Source: Octopus sinensis (Eukaryota). From it: a stretch of 64,000 bases of DNA. This document shows, one piece after another, positions 51,676-64,000 of this stretch; position 1 is the stretch's first letter; the number at the start of each line of letters is the position of its first letter. The notes below the pieces were generated by a model. The model had not been told where the DNA came from. It saw only the letters and a program-made list of their open reading frames with translations, and did no database searches. The stretch covers positions 157,480,001 through 157,544,000 of the forward strand of contig NC_042998.1 of the NCBI RefSeq assembly GCF_006345805.1, given 5' to 3'. Both the position numbers and the translations under genes were made by a program.

Positions 51676-52394
51676 ATGTCTGCACACTGAATAAGCATAT
51701 TACCAGTACAGCTCTGGTAAAAGCTCTCTTTTGCCCGTCATTGTTTATTTATTACTATATTATCCACAATGTTATTACACTTATAAGACCGTAGCGCGAG
51801 GTGGAAGGGAAAAATTGTTTGCTATTACTAGCAGATTCAATAACCACATAGGAGCTCTTTCTGTGGTTCATTAACTTAGAGAGATTAAAAGATGAAGATT
51901 TGGTTGAAGAATAGAGCACTTGACCTAACACATTGTAAACTCGTCTACCATGTAATTACTGTTCCAAATAGCTGTTAGCAATATAAAATTGTTTATACAA
52001 CCTAATGCGAAGGGAACTCATATGGTAATTTTTGGTATTAACTCGACTCGAACTTGGTTCAGGGTGTTTTTAGTAATGAAATCGTAATATCATCTATTAA
52101 TTACTCTGTTAAAAACTTATTTTACGTTATTTATTTTCTTATTTATGAATTTCTTTTGCTTAATTCGTTTCATTTATTTGTTATTTTTCTCGCCTACTAT
52201 AGTTTATTTATTTATTTATATATTTATTTAAAGACCCAATACTGATTTTTATTCTAGTTTTCAGTAAAACCGAATGCATATATGAAGTACCTGAAACGTT
52301 ATTACCTTTTTTGAAAGATAAGGCGGCTGTTTTAGCTGTTCGAATAACGGCATAAGTACTATCTTGTGTTATGTAATTACAAGTATTTTCATTT

Positions 52395-52810
52395 TTTGAG
52401 CATGCCAGGTAAAATGCTCCGTGGCATTTCGTTCGACTTTACGTTCTGAATTCAAATTTCGCCGAGGTCGACTTTGCCTTTTAACACTCCGAGGTCGATA
52501 AAATAAGTACTAGTTGATCACTAGGATCGATCTAATCAACTTACCGACTCCCCCGAGATTGTTAGACTTGTACCGAAATTTGAAGCCTTATTTTATGTTT
52601 TTACTAAGGCGGTTGGCTGGCAGAATCAATTGTATGTCGGATAACATGCTTAGTGGCATATCGTCCGTCCTTACTTTCTGAGTTCAAGTTTTTCGGAGGT
52701 CAACTTTTCTTTTCATCCTTTCAAGGTCGATAAACTAAGTTCCAGCTGAGTACCGAAATCGACTAGTCGCCTTCCTCAAAATTTCAAGTTTAGTTCCTCT
52801 AGTGGAAAGG
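52395..52810 (+). mobile_element. Two tandem SINEs (second family)
   Basis: Two units with ttctga(a/g)ttcaa..gaggtc(g/a)act..gtcgataaa..aagt. Confidence 0.85.
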
Positions 52811-53964
52811 ATTATTTTATGTAGTTTTTGTTTTGTTTCTACATTATTCAGACTTGTCATAAATAAAGTAGACGACAGCACTGAACTCTTACTGCAATAC
52901 AAGGAATGATTAGGAAGTATATTTCCCTGTAGACACTGTAGCTCTTGTTAATCATAATGCATTACAGTGTTTCAAAGAAATAAAGTAACTGTTTTGTAAG
53001 AGAAGTTAACAGCACTTCAAAAAGGGAAGTTTTACATAAAAAAATCATGCAAGAATTATGATGTTACGACCTTCTATATGTTATGAAAAAGATTTTGGCG
53101 CAATTTCAATTATCACCATGTGCATTTTTATGAATATAACATCTCTGTGTTTTACTGCGATTAGATACTGCTATATTGCACAATATAGACCACAATAACC
53201 CAGTTTCTACTAAAGTTTATAGAGACAAAATAGATTAGACAAGATTTAGTTCTCATCTATATGAGAATTAAATCTAGTCTAATCTAGTTTGTTCTGTTTG
53301 TACAAATTTCGACTTAGTGAGATATCTATTTCTTTTTCTTTATCTTTTCTTTGTTTCTCTACTTTATTCCTACATTGTTTCCCTCTTTCACAAAGCCATT
53401 GCGGTTGTCAAGGAGAATATATAGATTTTCTGACGATATTATACGTACAATGATCAGTGATTTTAATAAATAATTCCTGAACACGCTTCCTCAGGGCAAA
53501 GTACAGTTAGAGTGAAGTTAAAAGGGCAAACTCTGGTTGTGGTGAAAATGCATAAATGTCAGTAGAGGAGGACATGTTTTTAAAGTAGCAGAGAAATAGA
53601 TATAGATGTGTCTTTTATAGGGAAGACGATAACATGATTTATAGAATTGCAGTGTTTAAAATGTTTCTTTATGAGAAATGGTTGCCTGCAACATATAGAC
53701 TAACATTCAGAAACGAATCTTTCATATTATCACTCTCTATCTCTATCTCTCCATCACTCCTCTGTCTGTGTGTCAATTCCTCTGTAAATAATGCACGTGA
53801 GTGCGTGTATGTGTGTAATTTCTGAACGTATACACAGATTATTGTATGAGTGTGCACACATACAATAGTACACGTTTAGACAGGAAAAAAAAAATCTCTT
53901 CTTGGAAGTCTTGAACCTAAAAATTACAGTTTAAATAAGTTTATATAATTTGTCGTTGTTTTGG

Positions 53965-54250
53965 TATATTTCAGATTTTACAACAGATTAATACTCCTCT
54001 ATTAAGAAATCAACAAAATAGTTGTTATGCAGAAAGATTACTGAAATTTCCTCGACTGTCATTGTTGATAATTTAATGAACAATTTTAGCTTACGGTTAT
54101 CTAGTAATTCCTCTGAGAGGTCTTACTTTCAAAAAGTAGTACACTATTATCGGGACGCATCGAAACAAATTAGATTTAAAAGACAAAAATTCGTTATAAA
54201 TAATATAAATTCCCAGATACGCATAATTAGGAAACAAACACATTTGATTT
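53965..54250 (+). mobile_element. Penelope-like thumb-region relic
   Basis: NNFSLRLSSNSSERSYFQKVVHYYRDASKQ parallels NNVGKRLSLLSYDLESCNKHAPYYNKALHEAGY of the PLE at about 23440. Confidence 0.45.
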
Positions 54251-54334
54251 GATGAGTCTTTAAGACCCAATGTAAGTATGTATATCGCTGGGATATTAAT
54301 TTTATCTATCACACAAGGATGATAAATGTTGGTT

Positions 54335-54545
54335 TCGAATTTTGGCTGGAGAACCTCAGTTTGGGAGGAGAGGGCAGGTGCATTACATAGACCCCACTGT
54401 TCAGCTGATACATATTTTATTGATCCCAAAAAGATGAAAAGCAAAGTCGGCCTTGGCGAAATTTGAATTCAGAACGTAAAGACGGACGAAATACTGCAAA
54501 GCATTTTGTCCAGCGTGTTAAGAATTTCAGGACTTCTCAGAAGAA
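54335..54545 (-). mobile_element. SINE (second family)
   Basis: gcaaagtcggccttggcgaaatttgaattcagaacgtaaagacggacgaaatac. Confidence 0.8.
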
Positions 54546-55789
54546 ATGGTGAATCCATTTCTATCGGAAAGTATACCTGTATTATTGTATGTTTGCACAC
54601 TCGCATTCAATATTCTGCGTATACGTTCACAAATTACACACACATTATTTACAGAGAAAGAAACAGACAGATTGACAGACCGACAGGCAAAAGAGAGATG
54701 GAGAGATATAGGGAGAGTAATTATATGAAGGATTCGTTTCTGAATGTTTGTCTGTATGTGTACTCAGCCATTTAAAATAATTAATTTTATATATAACATC
54801 AGTTCAACACGTAATTTTCCTCCAGAAAAAGCAAACACCAAAAGTAAAATTCTTAAACAATTACCTAGATCCAAAACATTCATGCGACAGTTATTATCCC
54901 GTAACTTATGTATTACATACTCTTATTCAAAACCAATAGTTTATTGTGCGATACATATCTACAACTGATAATTCAGATTTCAAAGATTATATCGAGTTTA
55001 TAGAGAAAATTTTAAGGGCGATTTAATCAGTGCCACAATTCTTCTAGGAACCCAGAGAGATCTATGACGCAAATTGCATGCAAATGCGTTTTGTTTTAAA
55101 GATTACCCCTATAAGTGTTATTTGGAATGTATTACAAGATACCAACCGTTATAAACGTGATACCTAATGGATACGATCCAAACTTTTCAGGGAAAATGCA
55201 TTAATCAATATCTGTATGTTGATAGAATAAATAATATTTGACAAAATATATTAAATGACTTAAAGACTGAAAAGTGAACAGTTGCGTAATATACTAATTT
55301 ACGCTCTAAAAAATTCTTTCATTTGTTATAGTGTGTCGAATATTCTTTACTTTGCCCGTCCAATGTCAAAATAATAAACCATCGTGGCACAAACACAAGC
55401 ATTGTACAGTAATGTAAAATAACATAACACACTCTAAATAAGGATAGATATTACTACCGTGCATTTTCAAGGGATTTTGTTATTTTATTAATATTTCAAT
55501 CGTTTATGAATATCAAATGCTTTCGTATCTGAATGGGGAAAAAAGTGAAACACACAAAATTTATGTAATTCCATTTAAAATAAATTTCGTAGCATTATCT
55601 ACACACATATATTGAGTTTTTTACTCTGCATTGTTTACATAGATGTGTATCTCAATCTTATACGTATGCATGTATGTATGTATGTATGTATGTATGTATG
55701 TATGTATGTATGTATGTTTATGTCAGGTATGTATGTATGTATGTATGCATGTATGTATGTATGTTTATGTCAGGTCACTTTCGAGTGCT

Positions 55790-56140
55790 ACTGGTAACAT
55801 GTAACCCTGTACAACCTGTTGCATGGTCGGGTCGTCGGCGACTAAACCGGCAACCCCACCAAGCTTGCTTGATGAAGAGGGTGTTCATTGGACACCCTGC
55901 GGGATGAAAAACAAAACCCGTCAAAGGGCGGAGGAACTCTTGAGAGTCAACGGCCATCCAATAAATGTCTTAAGGCTCTATCATGCGCGGGGACATAGAA
56001 ATAATCGGACTGAATACCCAATCGCGCGGTTAAAATATTGGGAGTGAAGGACTCCTAGCCTTTGTTAGGGCATTCTTCTAGGAGAAGGTAACTCAGGTAA
56101 CTGGGATAACTCCGACATAAAACCTGCGGATCAGTGGTTA
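55790..56140 (+). mobile_element. Putative orphan LINE 5'UTR (RTE-like)
   Basis: GC-richer structured island with hairpin gggtcgtcgg/ccggcaaccc and ggcattcttctaggagaaggtaactc; resemblance from memory only, no ORF follows. Confidence 0.35.
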
Positions 56141-56422
56141 CCGATGAAGTTCACTTGTTCTTCTTTTCGGATTATGGCTGCAGTTGCTTAGTAAGTGGGA
56201 TTGACTCAGTGCACAGCCTTTCCTCACTTTTAAAAAATCTTCTTGCACAGGCATTGCACGATAACAACATTGATTAAGCTTCGCGCAATAGCCATACTCG
56301 ATAACGAGGGGGCAGCCACCATGTATGTATGTATATATAGATATATATACGTATGTGTTCATATATATATATATATATGTATACACTCACATATAAATAT
56401 AAACATATAAACATATGAAGGT

Positions 56423-56680
56423 ACCTGGCTTATTGGTTAGAGCATTCGGCTCACGATCGTAAGGTCGTGAGTTCAATTCCCGGCGACACGTTGTGTCCTT
56501 GATTAAGACACTTTATTTCACATTGCTCCTGTCCACTCAGCTAGCGAAAATGAGTAGTGTCTGTATTTCAAACGGCCAGCCTTGTCACGCTCTGTCTCAC
56601 GTTGAATCTCCCTGAGAATTATGTTAAGTGTACATGAGTCTGTGGAGTGTTCAGCCACTTGCACGTTAGTAAATAACTGT
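56423..56680 (+). mobile_element. tRNA-derived SINE (third family)
   Basis: A-box tggcttattggtt, B-box gagttcaattccc, core shared with 29141-29520. Confidence 0.8.
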
Positions 56681-56693
56681 GTATCAGTCTCCC

Positions 56694-56732
<39 letters not shown>

Positions 56733-56956
56733 TATATATATATACATACATACACACAGACACACGTGCTATCATTACACGCACACGCACATACACACAC
56801 GCGCACACACATATCTCCTTCTCCTGCACTCTCCTGTCTTTGAAAGAACTTTTTCTTCAGCCATTCCAATTCGGTCAGTTTAATTTGTGACCGTGTGTGT
56901 ATTGTTGGCGATTTTCTTTCTCCGTCTTCCCTTCCTTGGATCTTTCCTTTTTCTAT

Positions 56957-56991
56957 GTTTCTGACGAAGAGCACCGCTCGAAATGTTAAAT
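56957..56991 (+). ncRNA. Minimal hammerhead ribozyme (slightly degenerate) in a PLE-derived repeat (about 56870-57085)
   Basis: GTTT CTGACGA A GAGC acc GCTC GAAA TGTT AAAT. Confidence 0.6.
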
Positions 56992-57094
56992 CCTCCTTCT
57001 TTCCTTTCCTGAGCGTCCAATAACACTATACTTGTTCCACGTCCTCGCGTTGTTGTGTTTTCTCTTTGTTCATGTTTGGAGTAACTGTATATAT

Positions 57095-58290
57095 ATATTA
57101 AACTGAAATGTGTGTCTGTGTGAATAACTAAAACTTGAGAACTACATTTCATCCAAATTTTACACATGCCTTATTTAGGGTCCGGGGACTGTCATATGGG
57201 CAAAAGATTTTTTTACTTTTTGCCTAGAGCGAGCCCACAGCAATATCATATCTTCTCCACTATGAATCCCTAAAACTTGAGAAATACACAACTAATTTCA
57301 TTCAAATTTTAAACATACCTTACTTAGGGTCTATGTAGTGTTATGGGCAAAAAATGTCTAAATTCATGCCTTGGTCGAGCCCACAGCAATATCATATCTT
57401 TTCCACTATTTCAGTCTTACGGGTTAAAATTCAAACAAAAACATCTCCCTATTTTAATGTCAGATACTTTCACTTTAATACTGAAACTATTAAAGTCAAA
57501 CTATTATATATGAGGGGTGAACCTTTAACAGTGGACATCCATTTTGCTAGAAGAAGATCCGCTATGGTCTTATATGCTACACCACTGGTTTTCAATTCAT
57601 ATTAATCAAATTGATATTCAATTTCTCACCATTATTATTTTAAATTTAAATTTAAACCCAGGACCATGTGTTTTGGAGCGAAGTTTGCTATCACACAGCC
57701 ACACCTGCACCTATGTATGTGTGTGTGTGTATGTGTGTGTAGCTGTATATGTATACATTTATTTCTATACATATAGATGTATATGTATACATGTATATGT
57801 GTAGATGTATATATATATAGATGTACATGTAATATGTACACATATATATTTAACATATAAACATGCATACACCCATACACACATACACACACATACATAG
57901 GTGCAAGTATGGCTGTGTTGTAACAAACTTCGTTCCAAAACACATGGTGCTGGGTTCAGTCCCACTGTATGGTGACTTGGCATGTGTCTTCTGCTATAGC
58001 CTCAGACCAACCAAAGCATTGTTAGTGGATTTTGTAGACAGAAACATAAAGAAATCAATCGTATATATATGTATGTATTTATGTAAGTCTGTGTGTGTGT
58101 GTTTGTGTTTCTCCCTCATCATTGCCTTACAACTGGTGTTCGTTTATTTACATCCCCATAACTTACTGGTTTCACTAGAAGAAACTGATAGAATAAGTAC
58201 CAGGCTTATCAAAATAAAAAAAAACCCACTAGGCAGTATCTCATATTTTTGTTTGCCCACTCAGTTGTATCTATCAATTTATCTTTGTGT
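57095..58290 (+). repeat. Duplicated block copy 2, with an internal tandem duplication of about 150 bp and an inverted SINE-head fragment
   Basis: ctaaaacttgagaa..gagcccacagcaatatcatatctt occurs twice; homologous to 43675-45560. Confidence 0.8.
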
Positions 58291-58476
58291 GTGTATATAT
58301 ATATGTGTGTGTATATATATGTGTAAATATATATATAAGTGAATCGAACGGCTTTTGTGTGTTTCTTAAATGGTTTACAAACACCTTCCACGCTGCAATT
58401 GTGTATATATATAAAATGCACACACACACACACACACACACACCACACACACACACACCACACACACACACATACA

Positions 58477-58526
<50 letters not shown>

Positions 58527-58559
58527 TATATACATGTATGTATATGTGTACATTCATAT

Positions 58560-59102
58560 TTATTATATCAAAGACAATGTCTTTATGTGTTCGTGTATTA
58601 CTTATACATTCGAAAACTGCTGCGCCGATCCTTATGATATTTGAAACTTAGATTCAATGCATAAGGGCGGGTGTAATGCAATATGTTTGGTTTGAATTTC
58701 AGATGGCTTAAAGGTGGCAGAACCCTCCATGAAAATTCATAAATTTTCGATGTTGATGAAATTTTAACCATGGGTAATTGACACACATCAAGAAGTATTC
58801 TCAAAGTTTCCACTTCACATGAGGATTCTAAGACACCCTAATGGGGGCCTTAACTCCCAAATTTTTGTAATTTCTTTAATGATCCACAACTAAGTCAAAA
58901 GTACTGAATGGATCTTTACGAAATTTGGAAATTATATTCTATGCATAAGGGCCATAACCCCCATGACAATTCATATATTTTTACCGTTGATGAAATTTTA
59001 ACCGTAGATATTAGATACAAATGAAGTAATATTTACAAAATTTCTCCACTCACAATTTTGTTATTTTATCTAAACAAAGACGAATACAGTTGTACTCTTG
59101 GA
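58560..59102 (+). mobile_element. Helentron/MITE-like repeat with internal subrepeat
   Basis: catga(a/c)aattcata..gttgatgaaattttaacc occurs twice; homologous to 45757-46036 and partly to 59785-59830. Confidence 0.6.
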
Positions 59103-59784
59103 CGCTGTGGAGTCATCCGAGCATAGAAGATGAGCATTATTTGTAATTCAATGGTACAGCAATGTAACAGTTTGCTTTGACATACACTTACATTGTGATT
59201 TCTGCAATGTGGTGCATAAATTGTCAAGTAAATGAAAAGCATCTTTGTCTCCACTGATTCAGTTGCACAGTGTTGAGTTAAGTTATTTGATTGCAGATCT
59301 CCTTTCAGTCTTTTTATTATCACTGGGTCACACATAGTCCCCAGATGGTAACATTGATTTCAAGGCCTTCCCAGAGGAGTGACTGATTATTCAAAGACAT
59401 TTATAGATTGTATATTTATTCTGTCCAGTTACGTATCAGTATAGTGGTCATTTGCAAACTCCAACTTTCATTTCTCCTTAGTCTTCACGTCACACATTTG
59501 TTAATGTTTATTTCAGTTGGGTCACGCCCTTCCAATTGCTATAGATTCGTAATGCATCTTACGACCGTGCCTGTCACCTGCATGGTGCGGAATACTACAT
59601 TGGGAGTGGTAACGACTAGGGTACTGTAGCTGACTGCTTATTGTGATCATTCGTCTTTTGGTTTCCTGTAGTTTTGCTCCCTTTTACAAACCTAGGAACA
59701 TATATTTCCATTTCAAAGAAATTCAAACAATAGATATAAGAACCAAGTTAAAAAGATTCTCAACGATTCTAATTCTTTGGTTGA

Positions 59785-60099
59785 CATTAAGATGCCCACC
59801 CCCAATAGGGGCGTTAACTCTCACATTTTAGAGCTCCATGACCTCCATTTTTCAGGATCAAAATCCTTTTAACAGGTTCTATAAGACTGGAATTTTGGAA
59901 TATGCGCATAAAAATCAGTAGTATGGGATACATGTGGCACGATTACAATTTTGTTTGGGTGTGTAAAGAGGGAAATAACCCTCATCTGCAATTTTGTTGA
60001 AATTCTAAACATAGGTATTCCAGTTTATTACAGAAAATATAACAGAAAAGTCTAATTCTTCAAGTGGGTAACTCGGGCAACGCCGGGTAACTCTTCTAG
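59785..60099 (+). mobile_element. Helitron-like element 3' part
   Basis: Hairpin ctcgggcaacgccggg then CTAG|T at 60096-60100. Confidence 0.6.
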
Positions 60100-60949
60100 T
60101 ATATATCTATCTATATATATATATATACACACGCATATACATACACACACATATACATACATACACACATACATACATACGTACATAGATGCATACATAC
60201 ATAAATACATACATACATATATACATACATACATGTACAATACATGAACTTATCTGTAATTAGAAAATGCTTATCATCCGTGTACGTGTAATAGGAAGAA
60301 TTTTGACTAAAGCAAAAGATATTCGGTAAATATACTAGAATGTATAGTCTATAATATATTTATCAACTGATAGACATTCAATTTATATAATTATTAATAG
60401 TTTCTCCTTCCGAGAACCTTTGGTTAATGTCTTTTAAACCACATTTATGAGCTGATTATCAATAATCAAATGTAGATTATAGGAGAGAGTAATCTCGGAC
60501 AAATCTATTGATAGCGAAGCAAATTGAATGAACATATGTGTGTATATATGTATGTGTGTGTGTGTGTGCGTGTGTGTGTTCTCTTTCTCCTCGATTAAAT
60601 TTGGTAGGTATTTCAATTTTTGTTATCCTATTCCAGATTGCACTGCTTCATGCCCCGTAGAAAGATAATATCTAAAAGACATTCTCTCGCAGTGGTTGAT
60701 GTCTTGAATCATGGTCTTGCACAGCCTACACTTGTTTTATGTCAAAGTTTATGCTTTATATGCTGTCGACGTTTGAATTGCATAGAGGTAGCCTTCGAAG
60801 TGGTACGTCATAAAATTATCGGTTCTCTATGCCAAACTTTTGCCATGATAATCCCTCCTATAGTTTATGATTTACATGCCAAGTATGTATGTATCATATT
60901 CTCAGTGAACTGGGTCATTGTTTTTATTCTGGTGTTATATGATAAATAG

Positions 60950-62600
60950 ATTTTACCAATGCTCTTTGGGGAGAGATATGTATCAATTCTTATTTCATAC
61001 CAAACTTCAAGCTCACAAGCTACCCTAATTATGTTGATTCCATAGTCACAAAATTGGGCAAGATAGTCTCTTTCCTCTGTTGCAGATGTTGCTTCAGAGT
61101 CACAATACGTGAGTCAAATGATATCAATACAGGTTTGAAACCACAGTTGCCATACTTGCCTGGAAAGAATAGCCTGCCTACATTTCCATTAATGCTGAAG
61201 CTTTCTGTAACACTGAGCAGCTTGAGAGTTCGAACGTCTATCTCACTGAGTTCTTGTAGCTACCAGTTCAGAAGGCCAAACGTAGGAATGAGGACAGGTA
61301 CTGCAATGGTGTTGTGGGCAATAGGCGTGTTGTAAGCTGAGAGTCTAGATGACTATATTCTTTTTACTCTCCCAGGGTATTCATTCTTGGTCTTCTCTAT
61401 GGGTCATATCTGACATTCTCGTCTTGTCCAAGATACCTATAATTATCACCTAACTGAAAGTTTGCATTGTCAAGCCGATCGTGTTTTGGCTTTTCAGAGG
61501 TGAGTACAAATTTTCGAAGTTTTATTGTCAAAACTGCATATTTAATCTGACCAAATTTCATTCCAATGTCTACAGAAAATTGGGTTACGAGATCCAGTTG
61601 TTTTTAAGTAGTCGATAGTTGACTCAAGCAGTTTCAAGTAGTCGTCAAAGAAAAGATGGGAGGTACTTTTGGATCCATTTCTATGATCACCTTTTTATAG
61701 GTTTATTTCATATTGCTTTTGATGGACATGTAGACAGTAGTCCTGCTTCTGTTCTTTTAGCCATACAGCTTGTTTTATTAATTCATCATGCAGTACCCAT
61801 AGAGATCTCTAATACTCCTCAACCTGATCTTTTGTAGACGTGTCTTTTATGGGGATTGAGCCTTTTGCATTGAAGCTGCGATCAGCTGACTTGCGATACC
61901 TGGCAAGTAATTTGTTGAGCATTTACCGTTTATATACTATAGATTTATATTTTAGTTCTTTCAGCTGGTGCAGTTTGGAGTTTAGGTTTTTGAATTCTGT
62001 ATCACCAAATTTTCTCTCTAGTTTTCTGAGGTCTTCCTGGTGTTGTGCGAATTTGTTTTCTGTGTTACATTTCATTACTACAATGATCAGTGAGATACAT
62101 TATTGCAGGAATAAATTTTATTTTTTAATTTACATGTCCATGCTCATTAATGCTTTTTGTTTGAATCTCGATTGCATGGCTTCAGCTCTTTGTCATACAC
62201 TAGTAATGTATTAGCTCTGATGTATATCAAAAGATTAATGGTTTCGTATGGTGCTTTCATACCTCTGGATTGTGTGGTCTTCAGATATTTGTTTGCTATT
62301 TTGTTTACTGCCTTTAATTCTAATTTCTTGGGTTCTTTACTTATACTGGTGTTGTATGGCCTGTCATTCAAATTAAGGTTGTGGAACTGTTGAAATATAG
62401 CATTTCAGATCACTTGTAAGGCATCCACAGGCTTTGGTGTTCTCCGGTTTGTACAGTTTAGGAATGGATTTCAGCTAAATAGTTGGTGTGTTGCTTACTG
62501 CTAGATTTAGCCGATCGTTCTGTTTGTCCATCAGTGGAAGTGAGATGATTATCTTCAATGCTTTATAGTGCCAGCCTGCTTTGAATCAAATATTTCCGCT
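60950..62600 (-). mobile_element. Old R4/Dong-like LINE (third family) with the RT core deleted
   Basis: SLWVLHDELIKQAVWLKE; AFNTIAVPVLIPTFGLLNW*LQELSEIDVRTLKLL..VGRLFFPGKYGNCG; no YxDD segment between them. Confidence 0.6.
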
Positions 62601-63304
62601 AGATGTATCAATTTACATCTAATGATACGTTTTGCATGTTTCTTTAAATCTTTTGGGGAAAAAATTTAATTCTGCGTGATGGGGTAATCAACAAATTTTT
62701 AAACTTTTACGTAAAACCGAACTTTGATGATCAGATTGTACATATGCTTCATATGTTTTTAAGAACCTTGGTCGTATACAATGATTATAGTCACGATTGT
62801 AGTCACGATATTTGGTCGAAGGATATTTATACGTTTAGCCATGATGATTTTGTTCATTGACTGACACAATCTCCTTTAAAAATTACAAGATTTTTTCCAG
62901 AATTCAAAGTTGTGCATAGCTACTTTATACTTTCGTTTTAATGTTGTTTTTAATTCTACAATTGTATTTATGCTGCAATATATGTAGTATTCAAAACCCT
63001 AATATAAACATATTCGCATACAATTTTACCACACTACGTAGCTCAACTTTTCTAATATTTCATATGTTACCTTCATATGAACAGTAATTACACATGTCTA
63101 AGTATCGGACTGATCACAACGGTGTGTATGTACACACACACACATACACACACGCATTTAAATATATATATATATATATTACTGGATTGATCAGACCGGG
63201 CGTTGTTATACATCGTTGGTCACAATAAACTTCCTTGAATCGTTGAGCTTTCGAATGATATCACACCGCAGGAACGCAGGCATAGCATTCAGCTCAGTAT
63301 AATA

Positions 63305-64000
63305 TTAGGTCGTCAAGTATGAAATTTCTAGTGAGGTATATGGTAAACTTTGACAGCTGCTCATTTTACGCCATTATTATATTTTGCCAATCTTTATTTT
63401 TTCTTAGAAACCTGACACATCTATTTCTTTATTCTAACACATTTTGCGCTTTATAAAGTATTTATAAATAGTTTTATGCTATTTTTGTTTAGAGATGGAT
63501 AAGCCGGAAATTCGTACAGTTTTGAAATATGAGTTCTTTCTTGGAAATACATCATCACAGACTGCTCAGAATATTAATGGAGTATTTTATCCTAATGTTA
63601 TTACAAGCAGAGAGTATCAAATTGGTTTGCAAAATTTCGTTCTAGTAACTTTCACCTCACAAATGAGCAACGCGGTCGACCAGAAACAAACGTGGATAAT
63701 GACGAACTGAAAGCTACTGTCGCGTCAGATTCATCTTAAAGTGTCCGTGAATTAGTGTTGTTGTTTTGTGTTTGCAAACAAACAATATTAACCCACCTAG
63801 TTCAAATCGGTAAAGTGAAAAAGTTGGATAAGTGGGTTCCAAATGAACTCAATGAAAATCAGAAACAGCAACATTTGGAAGCCTGCATTATGCTAATTTC
63901 TCGTCACAAAAATGAATCATTTTTGAATCGAATTATAACATGTGATGAGAAATGGATCCAATGCAATAACCGGAGACGTTTAGCACAATGGTTGGAGAAA
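63305..64000 (+). mobile_element. Hsmar1/SETMAR-like mariner 5' part, runs off the window end
   Basis: TA-ttaggtcgtcaagtatgaaat TIR-like start; MDKPEIRTVLKYEF, RGRPET, KVKKLDKWVPNEL, RIITCDEKWI. Confidence 0.85.

Larger units (their letters stand above)
53676..54773. repeat. Inverted repeat pair, about 200-bp arms (53676-53876 / 54571-54773)
   Basis: aacattcagaaacgaatc..tctgtaaataatg..gaacgtatac versus its reverse complement. Confidence 0.8.

Noticed and set aside
57130-57410. Tandem repeat of about 150 bp, considered as a CRISPR-like array
   Set aside because: Only two units, no unique spacers, eukaryotic context; it is an internal duplication of a MITE
59066-59335. Minus-strand ORF with a TIYAP motif suggestive of a LINE endonuclease
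   Set aside because: A single weak motif is insufficient for a call

Overview
Animal genomic DNA that is AT-rich, microsatellite-dense and essentially gene-free, most likely intronic or intergenic sequence of an octopod cephalopod. The taxon call is an inference from recognisable octopus-type tRNA-derived SINE families. Nearly all sequence is transposon-derived: R4/Dong-clade site-specific LINEs (one near full length) nested in (TAA)n tracts; at least four Penelope-like element (PLE) relics; mariner/Tc1 elements (two complete with TIRs); a complete Chapaev3 element with TAA target duplication; an RTE fragment; Helitron-type non-autonomous elements; an unclassified CxxH-type DDE transposase relic; and about 15 SINEs. 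Most ORFs in the supplied track are microsatellite artefacts. No rRNA, CRISPR or confidently identified host exon was found. The most interesting signal is a set of minimal type I hammerhead-ribozyme folds read by eye. Three lie within 1.7 kb downstream of the main PLE: one canonical, one A9C variant, and one with a swapped G3:C8 core pair. Degenerate copies occur elsewhere. All calls were made manually without database searches, so coordinates of degraded elements are approximate.
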